From Eledone cirrhosa (taxonomy: Eukaryota), in the NCBI GenBank assembly GCA_964016885.1, contig OZ024743.1, positions 145,328,001-145,392,000 of the forward strand: a stretch of 64,000 bases of DNA, given 5' to 3'. Position numbers and translations under genes: made by a program. Positions 1 through 18,000 of the stretch are shown here, in pieces. How positions within the stretch are numbered: position 1 is the stretch's first letter; the number at the start of each line of letters is the position of its first letter. The notes below the pieces were generated by a model. It was not told where the DNA came from. It did not search any database and saw only the letters and a program-made list of their open reading frames with translations.

Positions 1-3000
1 ACACTAGTGATCTAAGATAGAATATAAATATACACAGATGCAATAGCAAAAGCCATACACAAACACACACAGAGTGATGTAAGATAGAATATAAATATAC
101 ACAGATGCCATAGCAACAACCATACACAAACACACACTAGTGATCTAAGATAGAATATAAATATACACAGATGCAATAGCAACAACCATACACAAACACA
201 CAGAGTGATGTAAGATAGAATATAAATATACACAGATGCAATAGCAACAACCATACACAAACACACACTATTGATCTCAGATAGAATATAAATATACACA
301 GATGCAATAGAAACAACCATACACAAACACACACTAGTGACCAAAGATAGAATATAAATATACACAGATGCAATAGCAACAACCATACACAAACACACAC
401 TAGTGACCAAAGATAGAGTATAAATATACACAGATCCAATAGCAACAACCATACTCAAACGCACACTAGTGACCAAAGATAGAATATTAATATACACAGA
501 TGCAATAGCAACAACCATACACAAACACACACTAGTGATCTAAGATAGAATATAAATATACACAGATGCAATAGCAACAACCATACACAAACACACACTA
601 GTGATCTAAGATAGAATATAAATATACACAGATGCAATAGCAACAACCATACACAAACACACACTAGTGATCTAAGATAGAATATAAATATACACAGATA
701 CCATAGCAACAACCATACACAAACACACACTAGTGATATAAGATAGAATATAAATATACACAGATGCAATAGCAACAACCATACACAAACACACAGAGTG
801 ATGTAAGATAGAATATAAATATACACAGATGCAATAGCAACAACCATACACAAACACACACTAGTGACCAAAGATAGAGTATAAATATACACAGATCCAA
901 TAGCAACAACCATACACAAACACACACTAGTGACAAAAGATGGAGTATAAATATACAGAGATCCAATAGCAACAACCATACACAAACACACACTAGTGAT
1001 CTAAGATAGAATATAAATATACACAGATGCAATAGCAACAGCCATACACAAACACACACAGAGTGATGTAAGATAGAATATAAATATACACAGATGCAAT
1101 AGCAACAGCCATACACAAACACACACTAGTGATCTAAGATAGAATATAAATATACACAGATGCCATAGCAACAACCATACACAAACACACACTAGAGATC
1201 TAAGATAGAATATAAATATACACAGATGCAATAGCAACAACCATACACAAACACACACGAGTGATCTAAGATAGAATATAAATATACACAGATGCAATAG
1301 CAACAACCATACACAAACACACACTAGTGATCTAAGATAGAATATAAATATACACAGATGCAATAGCAACAACCATACACAAACACACACTAGTGATCTA
1401 AGATAGAATATAAATATACACAGATACCATAGCAACAACCATACACAAACACACACTAGTGATCTAAGATAGAATATAAATATACACAGATGCAATAGCA
1501 ACAACCATACACAAACACACAGAGTGATGTAAGATAGAATATAAATATACACAGATGCAATAGCAACAACCATACACAAACACACACTATTGATCTCAGA
1601 TAGAATATAAATATACACAGATGCAATAGAAACAACCATACACAAACACACACTAGTGACCAAAGATAGAATATAAATATACACAGATGCAATAGCAACA
1701 ACCATACACAAACACACACTAGTGACCAAAGATAGAGTATAAATATACACAGATCCAATAGCAACAACCATACTCAAACGCACACTAGTGACCAAAGATA
1801 GAATATTAATATACACAGATGCAATAGCAACAACCATACACAAACACACACTAGTGATCTAAGATAGAATATAAATATACACAGATGCAATAGCAACAAC
1901 CATACACAAACACACACTAGTGATCTAAGATAGAATATAAATATACACAGATGCAATAGCAACAACCATACACAAACACACACTAGTGATCTAAGATAGA
2001 ATATAAATATACACAGATACCATAGCAACAACCATACACAAACACACACTAGTGATATAAGATAGAATATAAATATACACAGATGCAATAGCAACAACCA
2101 TACACAAACACACAGAGTGATGTAAGATAGAATATAAATATACACAGATGCAATAGTAACAACCATACACAAACACACAGAGTGATGTAAGATAGAATAT
2201 AAATATACACAGATGCAATAGCAACAACCATACACAAACACACACTAGTGACCAAAGATAGAATATAAATATACACAGATGCAATAGCAACAACCATACA
2301 CAAACACACACTAGTGATCTAAGATAGAATATAAATATACACAGATGCAATGGCAACAACCATACACAAACACACACTAGTGATCTATGATATAATATGA
2401 ATATACACTGAAGCAATAGCAACATCCATACACAAACACACACTAGTTATCTAAGATAGAATATAAATATACACAGATGCAATAGCAACAACCATACACA
2501 AACACACACTAGTGATCTAAGATAGAATATAAATATACACAGATGCAATAGCAACAACCATACACAAACACACACTAGTGACCAAAGATAGAATATAAAT
2601 ATACACAGATGCAATAGCAAAAACCATACACAAACACACACTAGTGATCTAAGATGGAATATAAATATACACAGATGCAATGGCAACAACCATACACAAA
2701 AACACACTAGTGATCTAAGATATAATATAAATATACACAGATGCAATAGCAACAACCATACACAAACACACACTAGTGATCTAAGATAGATTATAAATAT
2801 ACACAGATGCAATAGCAACAACCATACACAAACACACACTAGTGACCAAAGATAGAATATAAATATACACAGATGCAATAGCAACAATCATACACAAACA
2901 CACAGAATGATGTAAGATAAAATATAAATATACACAGATGCAAAAGCAACAACCATACACAAACACACACTAGTGATCTAAGATAGAATATAAATATACA

Positions 3001-6000
3001 CAGATGCAATAGCAACAACCATACACAAACACACACTAGTGATCTAAGATAGAATATAAATATACACAGATGCAATAGCAACAACCATACACAAACACAC
3101 ACTAGTGACCAAAGATAGAGTATAAATATACACAGATCCAATAGCAACAACCATACACAAACACACACTAGTGATCTAAGATAGAATATAAATATACACA
3201 GATGCAATAGCAACAGCCATACGCAAACACACACAGAGTGATGTAAGATAGAATATAAATATACACAGATGCAATAGCAACAGACATACACAAACACACA
3301 CTAGTGATCTAACATAGAATATAAATATACACAGATGCCATAGCAACAAACATACACGAACACACACTAGTGATCTAAGATAGAATATAAATATACACAG
3401 ATGCAATAGCAACAACCATACACAAACACACACTAGTGATCTAAGATAGAATATAAATATACACAGATACCATAGCAACAACCATACACAAACACACACT
3501 AGTGATATAAGATAGAATATAAATATACACAGATGCAATAGCAACAACCATACACAAACACACAGAGTGATGTAAGATAGAATATAAATATACACAGATG
3601 CAATAGCAACAACCATACACAAACACACACTAGTGACCAAAGATAGAGTATAAATATACACAGATCCAATAGCAACAACCATACACAAACACACACTAGT
3701 GACCAAAGATGGAGTATAAATATACAGAGATCCAATAGCAACAACCATACACAAACACACACTAGTGATCTAAGATAGAATATAAATATACACAGATGCA
3801 ATAGCAACAGCCATACACAAACACACACAGAGTGATGTAAGATAGAATATAAATATACACAGATGCAATAGCAACAGCCATACACAAACACACACTAGTG
3901 ATCTAAGATAGAATATAAATATACACAGATGCCATAGCAACAACCATACACAAACACACACTAGAGATCTAAGATAGAATATAAATATACACAGATGCAA
4001 TAGCAACAACCATACACAAACACACACGAGTGATCTAAGATAGAATATAAATATACACAGATGCAATAGCAACAACCATACACAAACACACACTAGTGAT
4101 CTAAGATAGAATATAAATATACACAGATGCAATAGCAACAACCATACACAAACACACACTAGTGATCTAAGATAGAATATAAATATACACAGATACCATA
4201 GCAACAACCATACACAAACACACACTAGTGATCTAAGATAGAATATAAATATACACAGATGCAATAGCAACAACCATACACAAACACACAGAGTGATGTA
4301 AGATAGAATATAAATATACACAGATGCAATAGCAACAACCATACACAAACACACACTATTGATCTCAGATAGAATATAAATATACACAGATGCAATAGAA
4401 ACAACCATACACAAACACACACTAGTGACCAAAGATAGAATATAAATATACACAGATGCAATAGCAACAACCATACACAAACACACACTAGTGACCAAAG
4501 ATAGAGTATAAATATACACAGATCCAATAGCAACAACCATACTCAAACGCACACTAGTGACCAAAGATAGAATATTAATATACACAGATGCAATAGCAAC
4601 AACCATACACAAACACACACTAGTGATCTAAGATAGAATATAAATATACACAGATGCAATAGCAACAACCATACACAAACACACACTAGTGATCTAAGAT
4701 AGAATATAAATATACACAGATGCAATAGCAACAACCATACACAAACACACACTAGTGATCTAAGATAGAATATAAATATACACAGATACCATAGCAACAA
4801 CCATACACAAACACACACTAGTGATATAAGATAGAATATAAATATACACAGATGCAATAGCAACAACCATACACAAACACACAGAGTGATGTAAGATAGA
4901 ATATAAATATACACAGATGCAATAGTAACAACCATACACAAACACACAGAGTGATGTAAGATAGAATATAAATATACACAGATGCAATAGCAACAACCAT
5001 ACACAAACACACACTAGTGACCAAAGATAGAATATAAATATACACAGATGCAATAGCAACAACCATACACAAACACACACTAGTGATCTAAGATAGAATA
5101 TAAATATACACAGATGCAATGGCAACAACCATACACAAACACACACTAGTGATCTATGATATAATATGAATATACACTGAAGCAATAGCAACATCCATAC
5201 ACAAACACACACTAGTTATCTAAGATAGAATATAAATATACACAGATGCAATAGCAACAACCATACACAAACACACACTAGTGATCTAAGATAGAATATA
5301 AATATACACAGATGCAATAGCAACAACCATACACAAACACACACTAGTGACCAAAGATAGAATATAAATATACACAGATGCAATAGCAAAAACCATACAC
5401 AAACACACACTAGTGATCTAAGATGGAATATAAATATACACAGATGCAATGGCAACAACCATACACAAAAACACACTAGTGATCTAAGATATAATATAAA
5501 TATACACAGATGCAATAGCAACAACCATACACAAACACACACTAGTGATCTAAGATAGATTATAAATATACACAGATGCAATAGCAACAACCATACACAA
5601 ACACACACTAGTGACCAAAGATAGAATATAAATATACACAGATGCAATAGCAACAATCATACACAAACACACAGAATGATGTAAGATAAAATATAAATAT
5701 ACACAGATGCAAAAGCAACAACCATACACAAACACACACTAGTGATCTAAGATAGAATATAAATATACACAGATGCAATAGCAACAACCATACACAAACA
5801 CACACTAGTGATCTAAGATAGAATATAAATATACACAGATGCAATAGCAACAACCATACACAAACACACACTAGTGACCAAAGATAGAGTATAAATATAC
5901 ACAGATCCAATAGCAACAACCATACACAAACACACACTAGTGATCTAAGATAGAATATAAATATACACAGATGCAATAGCAACAGCCATACGCAAACACA

Positions 6001-9000
6001 CACAGAGTGATGTAAGATAGAATATAAATATACACAGATGCAATAGCAACAGACATACACAAACACACACTAGTGATCTAACATAGAATATAAATATACA
6101 CAGATGCCATAGCAACAAACATACACGAACACACACTAGTGATCTAAGATAGAATATAAATATACACAGATGAAATAGCAACAACCATACACAAACACAC
6201 ACTAGTGACCAAAGATAGAATATAAATATACATAGATGCAATAGCAACAACCATACACAAACACACACTAGTGATCTAAGATAGAATATAAATATACACA
6301 GATGGAATAGCAACAACCATACACAAACACACACTAGTGACCAAAGATAGAATGTAAATATACACAGATGCAATGGCAACAACCATACACAAACACACAC
6401 TAGTGATCTATGATATAATATGAATATACACTGAAGCAATAGCAACATCCATACACAAACACACACTAGTTATCTAAGATAGAATATAAATATACACAGA
6501 TGCAATAGTAACAACCATACACAAACACACAGAGTGATGTAAGATAGAATATAAATATACACAGATGCAATAGCAACAACCATACACAAACACACACTAG
6601 TGACCAAAGATAGAATATAAATATACACAGATGCAATAGCAACAACCATACACAAACACACACTAGTGATCTAAGATAGAATATAAATATACACAGATGC
6701 AATGGCAACAACCATACACAAACACACACTAGTGATCTATGATATAATATGAATATACACTGAAGCAATAGCAACATCCATACACAAACACACACTAGTT
6801 ATCTAAGATAGAATATAAATATACACAGATGCAATAGCAACAACCATACACAAACACACACTAGTGATCTAAGATAGAATATAAATATACACAGATGCAA
6901 TAGCAACAACCATACACAAACACACACTAGTGACCAAAGATAGAATATAAATATACACATATGCAATAGCAAAAACCATACACAAACACACACTAGTGAC
7001 CAAAGATAGAATATAAATATACACAGATGCAATAGCAACAACCATACACAAACACACACTAGTGACCAAAGATAGAGTATAAATATACACAGATCCAATA
7101 GCAACAACCATACACAAACACACACTAGTGACCAAAGATAGAGTATAAATATACACAGATGCAATAGCAACAACCATACACAAACACACACTAGTGACCA
7201 AAGATGGAGTATAAATATACACAGATCCAATAGCAACAACCATACACAAACACACACTAGTGATCTAAGATAGAATATAAATATACACAGATGCAATAGC
7301 AAAAGCCATACACAAACACACACAGAGTGATGTAAGATAGAATATAAATATACACAGATGCCATAGCAACAACCATACACAAACACACACTAGTGATCTA
7401 AGATAGAATATAAATATACACAGATGCAATAGCAACAACCATACACAAACACACAGAGTGATGTAAGATAGAATATAAATATACACAGATGCAATAGCAA
7501 CAACCATACACAAACACACACTATTGATCTCAGATAGAATATAAATATACACAGATGCAATAGAAACAACCATACACAAACACACACTAGTGACCAAAGA
7601 TAGAATATAAATATACACAGATGCAATAGCAACAACCATACACAAACACACACTAGTGACCAAAGATAGAGTATAAATATACACAGATCCAATAGCAACA
7701 ACCATACTCAAACGCACACTAGTGACCAAAGATAGAATATTAATATACACAGATGCAATAGCAACAACCATACACAAACACACACTAGTGATCTAAGATA
7801 GAATATAAATATACACAGATGCAATAGCAACAACCATACACAAACACACACTAGTGATCTAAGATAGAATATAAATATACACAGATGCAATAGCAACAAC
7901 CATACACAAACACACACTAGTGATCTAAGATAGAATATAAATATACACAGATACCATAGCAACAACCATACACAAACACACACTAGTGATATAAGATAGA
8001 ATATAAATATACACAGATGCAATAGCAACAACCATACACAAACACACAGAGTGATGTAAGATAGAATATAAATATACACAGATGCAATAGCAACAACCAT
8101 ACACAAACACACACTAGTGACCAAAGATAGAGTATAAATATACACAGATCCAATAGCAACAACCATACACAAACACACACTAGTGACCAAAGATGGAGTA
8201 TAAATATACAGAGATCCAATAGCAACAACCATACACAAACACACACTAGTGATCTAAGATAGAATATAAATATACACAGATGCAATAGCAACAGCCATAC
8301 ACAAACACACACAGAGTGATGTAAGATAGAATATAAATATACACAGATGCAATAGCAACAGCCATACACAAACACACACTAGTGATCTAAGATAGAATAT
8401 AAATATACACAGATGCCATAGCAACAACCATACACAAACACACACTAGAGATCTAAGATAGAATATAAATATACACAGATGCAATAGCAACAACCATACA
8501 CAAACACACACGAGTGATCTAAGATAGAATATAAATATACACAGATGCAATAGCAACAACCATACACAAACACACACTAGTGATCTAAGATAGAATATAA
8601 ATATACACAGATGCAATAGCAACAACCATACACAAACACACACTAGTGATCTAAGATAGAATATAAATATACACAGATACCATAGCAACAACCATACACA
8701 AACACACACTAGTGATCTAAGATAGAATATAAATATACACAGATGCAATAGCAACAACCATACACAAACACACAGAGTGATGTAAGATAGAATATAAATA
8801 TACACAGATGCAATAGCAACAACCATACACAAACACACACTATTGATCTCAGATAGAATATAAATATACACAGATGCAATAGAAACAACCATACACAAAC
8901 ACACACTAGTGACCAAAGATAGAATATAAATATACACAGATGCAATAGCAACAACCATACACAAACACACACTAGTGACCAAAGATAGAGTATAAATATA

Positions 9001-12000
9001 CACAGATCCAATAGCAACAACCATACTCAAACGCACACTAGTGACCAAAGATAGAATATTAATATACACAGATGCAATAGCAACAACCATACACAAACAC
9101 ACACTAGTGATCTAAGATAGAATATAAATATACACAGATGCAATAGCAACAACCATACACAAACACACACTAGTGATCTAAGATAGAATATAAATATACA
9201 CAGATGCAATAGCAACAACCATACACAAACACACACTAGTGATCTAAGATAGAATATAAATATACACAGATACCATAGCAACAACCATACACAAACACAC
9301 ACTAGTGATATAAGATAGAATATAAATATACACAGATGCAATAGCAACAACCATACACAAACACACAGAGTGATGTAAGATAGAATATAAATATACACAG
9401 ATGCAATAGTAACAACCATACACAAACACACAGAGTGATGTAAGATAGAATATAAATATACACAGATGCAATAGCAACAACCATACACAAACACACACTA
9501 GTGACCAAAGATAGAATATAAATATACACAGATGCAATAGCAACAACCATACACAAACACACACTAGTGATCTAAGATAGAATATAAATATACACAGATG
9601 CAATGGCAACAACCATACACAAACACACACTAGTGATCTATGATATAATATGAATATACACTGAAGCAATAGCAACATCCATACACAAACACACACTAGT
9701 TATCTAAGATAGAATATAAATATACACAGATGCAATAGCAACAACCATACACAAACACACACTAGTGATCTAAGATAGAATATAAATATACACAGATGCA
9801 ATAGCAACAACCATACACAAACACACACTAGTGACCAAAGATAGAATATAAATATACACAGATGCAATAGCAAAAACCATACACAAACACACACTAGTGA
9901 TCTAAGATGGAATATAAATATACACAGATGCAATGGCAACAACCATACACAAAAACACACTAGTGATCTAAGATATAATATAAATATACACAGATGCAAT
10001 AGCAACAACCATACACAAACACACACTAGTGATCTAAGATAGATTATAAATATACACAGATGCAATAGCAACAACCATACACAAACACACACTAGTGACC
10101 AAAGATAGAATATAAATATACACAGATGCAATAGCAACAATCATACACAAACACACAGAATGATGTAAGATAAAATATAAATATACACAGATGCAAAAGC
10201 AACAACCATACACAAACACACACTAGTGATCTAAGATAGAATATAAATATACACAGATGCAATAGCAACAACCATACACAAACACACACTAGTGATCTAA
10301 GATAGAATATAAATATACACAGATGCAATAGCAACAACCATACACAAACACACACTAGTGACCAAAGATAGAGTATAAATATACACAGATCCAATAGCAA
10401 CAACCATACACAAACACACACTAGTGATCTAAGATAGAATATAAATATACACAGATGCAATAGCAACAGCCATACGCAAACACACACAGAGTGATGTAAG
10501 ATAGAATATAAATATACACAGATGCAATAGCAACAGACATACACAAACACACACTAGTGATCTAACATAGAATATAAATATACACAGATGCCATAGCAAC
10601 AAACATACACGAACACACACTAGTGATCTAAGATAGAATATAAATATACACAGATGAAATAGCAACAACCATACACAAACACACACTAGTGACCAAAGAT
10701 AGAATATAAATATACACAGATGCAATAGCAACAACCATACACAAACACACACTAGTGATCTAAGATAGAATATAAATATACACAGATGGAATAGCAACAA
10801 CCATACACAAACACACACTAGTGACCAAAGATAGAATGTAAATATACACAGATGCAATAGCAACAACCATACACAAACACACACGAGTGATCTAAGATAG
10901 AATATGAATATACACAGATGCAATAGCAACAACCATACACAAACACACACGAGTGATCTAAGATAGAATATAAATATTAACAGATGCAATAACACCGAAC
11001 ATACACAAACACACACTAGTGATCTAAGATAGAATATAAATATACACAGATGCAATAGCAACAACCATACACAAACACACACTAGTGATCTAAGATAGAA
11101 TATAAATATACACAGATCCAATAGCAACAAGCATACACAAACACACACTAGTGATCTAAGAAAGAATATAAATATACACAGATGCAATAGCAAGAACCAT
11201 ACACAAACACACACTAGTTATCTAAGATAGAATATAAATATACACAGATCCAATAGCAACAACCATACACAAACACACACTAGTGACCAAAGATAGAATA
11301 TAAATATACATAGATGCAATAGCAACAACCATACACAAACACACACTAGTGATCTAAGATAGAATATATATATACACAGATCCAATAGCAACAACCATAC
11401 ACAAACACACACTAGTGACCAAAGATAGAATATAAATATACATAGATGCAATAGCAACAACCATACACAAACACACACTAGAGACCAAAGATAGAATATA
11501 AATATACACAGATGCAATAGCAACAACTATACTCAAACACACACTAGTGATCTAAGATAGAATATAAATATACACAGATGCAATAGCAAGAACCATACAC
11601 AAACAGACACTAGTGACCAAAGATAGAGTATAAATATACACAGATACATTAGCAACAACCATACTCAAACGCACACTAGTGACCAAAGATAGAATATTAA
11701 TATACACAGATGCAATAGCAACAACCATACACAAACACACACTAGTGATCTAAGATAGAATATAAATATACACAGATGCAATAGCAACATCCATACACAA
11801 ACACACACTAGTGACCAAAGATAGAATATAAATATACACAGATGCAATAGCAACAACCATACACAAACACACAGAGTGATGTAAGATAGAATATAAATAT
11901 ACACAGATGCCATAGCAACAACCATACACAAACACACACTAGTGATGTAAGATAGAATATAAATATACACAGATGCAATAGCAACAACCATACACAAACA

Positions 12001-15000
12001 CACACCAATGATCTAAGATAGAATATAAATATACACAGATGCAATAGTAACAACCATACACAAACACACAGAGTGATGTAAGATAGAATATAAATATACA
12101 CAGATGCAATAGCAACAACCATACACAAACACACACTAGTGACCAAAGATAGAATATAAATATACACAGATGCAATAGCAACAACCATACACAAACACAC
12201 ACTAGTGATCTAAGATAGAATATAAATATACACAGATGCAATGGCAACAACCATACACAAACACACACTAGTGATCTATGATATAATATGAATATACACT
12301 GAAGCAATAGCAACATCCATACACAAACACACACTAGTTATCTAAGATAGAATATAAATATACACAGATGCAATAGCAACAACCATACACAAACACACAC
12401 TAGTGATCTAAGATAGAATATAAATATACACAGATGCAATAGCAACAACCATACACAAACACACACTAGTGACCAAAGATAGAATATAAATATACACAGA
12501 TGCAATAGCAAAAACCATACACAAACACACACTAGTGATCTAAGATGGAATATAAATATACACAGATGCAATGGCAACAACCATACACAAAATCACACTA
12601 GTGATCTAAGATATAATATAAATATACACAGATGCAATAGCAACAACCATACACAAACACACACTAGTGATCTAAGATAGATTATAAATATACACAGATG
12701 CAATAGCAACAACCATACACAAACACACACTAGTGACCAAAGATAGAATATAAATATACACAGATGCAATAGCAACAACCATACACAAACACACACTAGT
12801 GACCAAAGATAGAGTATAAATATACACAGATCCAATAGCAACAACCATACACAAACACACACTAGTGACCAAAGATAGAGTATAAATATACACAGATGCA
12901 ATAGCAACAACCATACACAAACACACACTAGTGACCAAAGATGGAGTATAAATATACACAGATCCAATAGCAACAACCATACACAAACACACACTAGTGA
13001 TCTAAGATAGAATATAAATATACACAGATGCAATAGCAACAGCCATACACAAACACACACAGAGTGATGTAAGATAGAATATAAATATACACAGATGCCA
13101 TAGCAACAACCATACACAAACACACACTAGTGATCTAAGATAGAATATAAATATACACAGATGCAATAGCAACAACCATACACAAACACACAGAGTGATG
13201 TAAGATAGAATATAAATATACACAGATGCAATAGCAACAACCATACACAAACACACACTATTGATCTCAGATAGAATATAAATATACACAGATGCAATAG
13301 AAACAACCATACACAAACACACACTAGTGACCAAAGATAGAATATAAATATACACAGATGCAATAGCAACAACCATACACAAACACACACTAGTGACCAA
13401 AGATAGAGTATAAATATACACAGATCCAATAGCAACAACCATACTCAAACGCACACTAGTGACCAAAGATAGAATATTAATATACACAGATGCAATAGCA
13501 ACAACCATACACAAACACACACTAGTGATCTAAGATAGAATATAAATATACACAGATGCAATAGCAACAACCATACACAAACACACACTAGTGATCTAAG
13601 ATAGAATATAAATATACACAGATGCAATAGCAACAACCATACACAAACACACACTAGTGATCTAAGATAGAATATAAATATACACAGATACCATAGCAAC
13701 AACCATACACAAACACACACTAGTGATATAAGATAGAATATAAATATACACAGATGCAATAGCAACAACCATACACAAACACACAGAGTGATGTAAGATA
13801 GAATATAAATATACACAGATGCAATAGCAACAACCATACACAAATACACACTAGTGACCAAAGATAGAGTATAAATATACACAGATCCAATAGCAACAAC
13901 CATACACAAACACACACTAGTGACCAAAGATGGAGTATAAATATACAGAGATCCAATAGCAACAACCATACACAAACACACACTAGTGATCTAAGATAGA
14001 ATATAAATATACACAGATGCAATAGCAACAGCCATACACAAACACACACAGAGTGATGTAAGATAGAATATAAATATACACAGATGCAATAGCAACAGCC
14101 ATACACAAACACACACTAGTGATCTAAGATAGAATATAAATATACACAGATGCCATAGCAACAACCATACACAAACACACACTAGTGATCTAAGATAGAA
14201 TATAAATATACACAGATGCAATAGCAACAACCATACACAAACACACACGAGTGATCTAAGATAGAATATAAATATACACAGATGCAATAGCAACAACCAT
14301 ACACAAACACACACTAGTGATCTAAGATAGAATATAAATATACACAGATGCAATAGCAACAACCATACACAAACACACACTAGTGATCTAAGATAGAATA
14401 TAAATATACACAGATACCATAGCAACAACCATACACAAACACACACTAGTGATCTAAGATAGAATATAAATATACACAGATGCAATAGCAACAACCATAC
14501 ACAAACACACAGAGTGATGTAAGATAGAATATAAATATACACAGATGCAATAGCAACAACCATACACAAACACACACTATTGATCTCAGATAGAATATAA
14601 ATATACACAGATGCAATAGAAACAACCATACACAAACACACACTAGTGACCAAAGATAGAATATAAATATACACAGATGCAATAGCAACAACCATACACA
14701 AACACACACTAGTGACCAAAGATAGAGTATAAATATACACAGATCCAATAGCAACAACCATACTCAAACGCACACTAGTGACCAAAGATAGAATATTAAT
14801 ATACACAGATGCAATAGCAACAACCATACACAAACACACACTAGTGATCTAAGATAGAATATAAATATACACAGATGCAATAGCAACAACCATACACAAA
14901 CACACACTAGTGATCTAAGATAGAATATAAATATACACAGATGCAATAGCAACAACCATACACAAACACACACTAGTGATCTAAGATAGAATATAAATAT

Positions 15001-18000
15001 ACACAGATACCATAGCAACAACCATACACAAACACACACTAGTGATATAAGATAGAATATAAATATACACAGATGCAATAGCAACAACCATACACAAACA
15101 CACAGAGTGATGTAAGATAGAATATAAATATACACAGATGCAATAGTAACAACCATACACAAACACACAGAGTGATGTAAGATAGAATATAAATATACAC
15201 AGATGCAATAGCAACAACCATACACAAACACACACTAGTGACCAAAGATAGAATATAAATATACACAGATGCAATAGCAACAACCATACACAAACACACA
15301 CTAGTGATCTAAGATAGAATATAAATATACACAGATGCAATGGCAACAACCATACACAAACACACACTAGTGATCTATGATATAATATGAATATACACTG
15401 AAGCAATAGCAACATCCATACACAAACACACACTAGTTATCTAAGATAGAATATAAATATACACAGATGCAATAGCAACAACCATACACAAACACACACT
15501 AGTGATCTAAGATAGAATATAAATATACACAGATGCAATAGCAACAACCATACACAAACACACACTAGTGACCAAAGATAGAATATAAATATACACAGAT
15601 GCAATAGCAAAAACCATACACAAACACACACTAGTGATCTAAGATGGAATATAAATATACACAGATGCAATGGCAACAACCATACACAAAAACACACTAG
15701 TGATCTAAGATATAATATAAATATACACAGATGCAATAGCAACAACCATACACAAACACACACTAGTGATCTAAGATAGATTATAAATATACACAGATGC
15801 AATAGCAACAACCATACACAAACACACACTAGTGACCAAAGATAGAATATAAATATACACAGATGCAATAGCAACAATCATACACAAACACACAGAATGA
15901 TGTAAGATAAAATATAAATATACACAGATGCAAAAGCAACAACCATACACAAACACACACTAGTGATCTAAGATAGAATATAAATATACACAGATGCAAT
16001 AGCAACAACCATACACAAACACACACTAGTGATCTAAGATAGAATATAAATATACACAGATGCAATAGCAACAACCATACACAAACACACACTAGTGACC
16101 AAAGATAGAGTATAAATATACACAGATCCAATAGCAACAACCATACACAAACACACACTAGTGATCTAAGATAGAATATAAATATACACAGATGCAATAG
16201 CAACAGCCATACACAAACACACACAGAGTGATGTAAGATAGAATATAAATATACACAGATGCAATAGCAACAGACATACACAAACACACACTAGTGATCT
16301 AACATAGAATATAAATATACACAGATGCCATAGCAACAAACATACACGAACACACACTAGTGATCTAAGATAGAATATAAATATACACAGATGAAATAGC
16401 AACAACCATACACAAACACACACTAGTGACCAAAGATAGAATATAAATATACACAGATGCAATAGCAACAACCATACACAAACACACACTAGTGACCAAA
16501 GATAGAATGTAAATATACACAGATGCAATAGCAACAACCATACACAAACACACACGAGTGATCTAAGATAGAATATGAATATACACAGATCCAATAGCAA
16601 CAACTATACACAAACACACAGAGTGATGTAAGATAGAATATAAATATACACAGATGCAATAGCGACAACCATACACAAACACACACTAGTGATCTAAGAT
16701 AGAATATAAATATACACAGATGGAATAGCAACAACCATACACAAACACACACTAGTGACCAAAGATAGAATGTAAATATACACAGATGCAATAGCAACAA
16801 CCATACACAAACACACACGAGTGATCTAAGATAGAATATAAATATTAACAGATGCAATAACACCGAACATACACAAACACACACTAGTGATCTAAGATAG
16901 AATATAAATATACACAGATGCAATAGCAACAACCATACACAAACACACACTAGTGATCTAAGATAGAATATAAATATACACAGATCCAATAGCAACAAGC
17001 ATACACAAACACACACTAGTGATCTAAGAAAGAATATAAATATACACAGATGCAATAGCAAGAACCATACACAAACACACACTAGTGATCTAAGATAGAA
17101 TATAAATATACACAGATCCAATAGCAACAACCATACACAAACACACACTAGTGACCAAAGATAGAATATAAATATACATAGATGCAATAGCAACAACCAT
17201 ACACAAACACACACTAGTGATCTAAGATAGAATATATATATACACAGATCCAATAGCAACAACCATACACAAACACACACTAGTGACCAAAGATAGAATA
17301 TAAATATACATAGATGCAATAGCAACAACCATACACAAACACACACTAGAGACCAAAGATAGAATATAAATATACACAGATGCAATAGCAACAACTATAC
17401 TCAAACACACACTAGTGATCTAAGATAGAATATAAATATACACAGATGCAATAGCAAGAACCATACACAAACAGACACTAGTGACCAAAGATAGAGTATA
17501 AATATACACAGATACATTAGCAACAACCATACTCAAACGCACACTAGTGACCAAAGATAGAATATTAATATACACAGATGCAATAGCAACAACCATACAC
17601 AAACACACACTAGTGATCTAAGATAGAATATAAATATACACAGATGCAATAGCAACATCCATACACAAACACACACTAGTGACCAAAGATAGAATATAAA
17701 TATACACAGATGCAATAGCAACAACCATACACAAACACACAGAGTGATGTAAGATAGAATATAAATATACACAGATGCCATAGCAACAACCATACACAAA
17801 CACACACTAGTGATGTAAGATAGAATATAAATATACACAGATGCAATAGCAACAACCATACACAAACACACACCAATGATCTAAGATAGAATATAAATAT
17901 ACACAGATGCCATAGCAACAACCATACACAAACACACACTAGTGATCTAAGATAGAATATAAATATACACAGATGCAATAGCAACAACCATACACAAACA

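Noticed and set aside
20-50. TATAAAT and GCAAT/CCAAT in each monomer as promoter elements
   Set aside because: Expected in AT-rich repeats, and CAAT-to-TATA spacing is imposed by the period. No transcription evidence.
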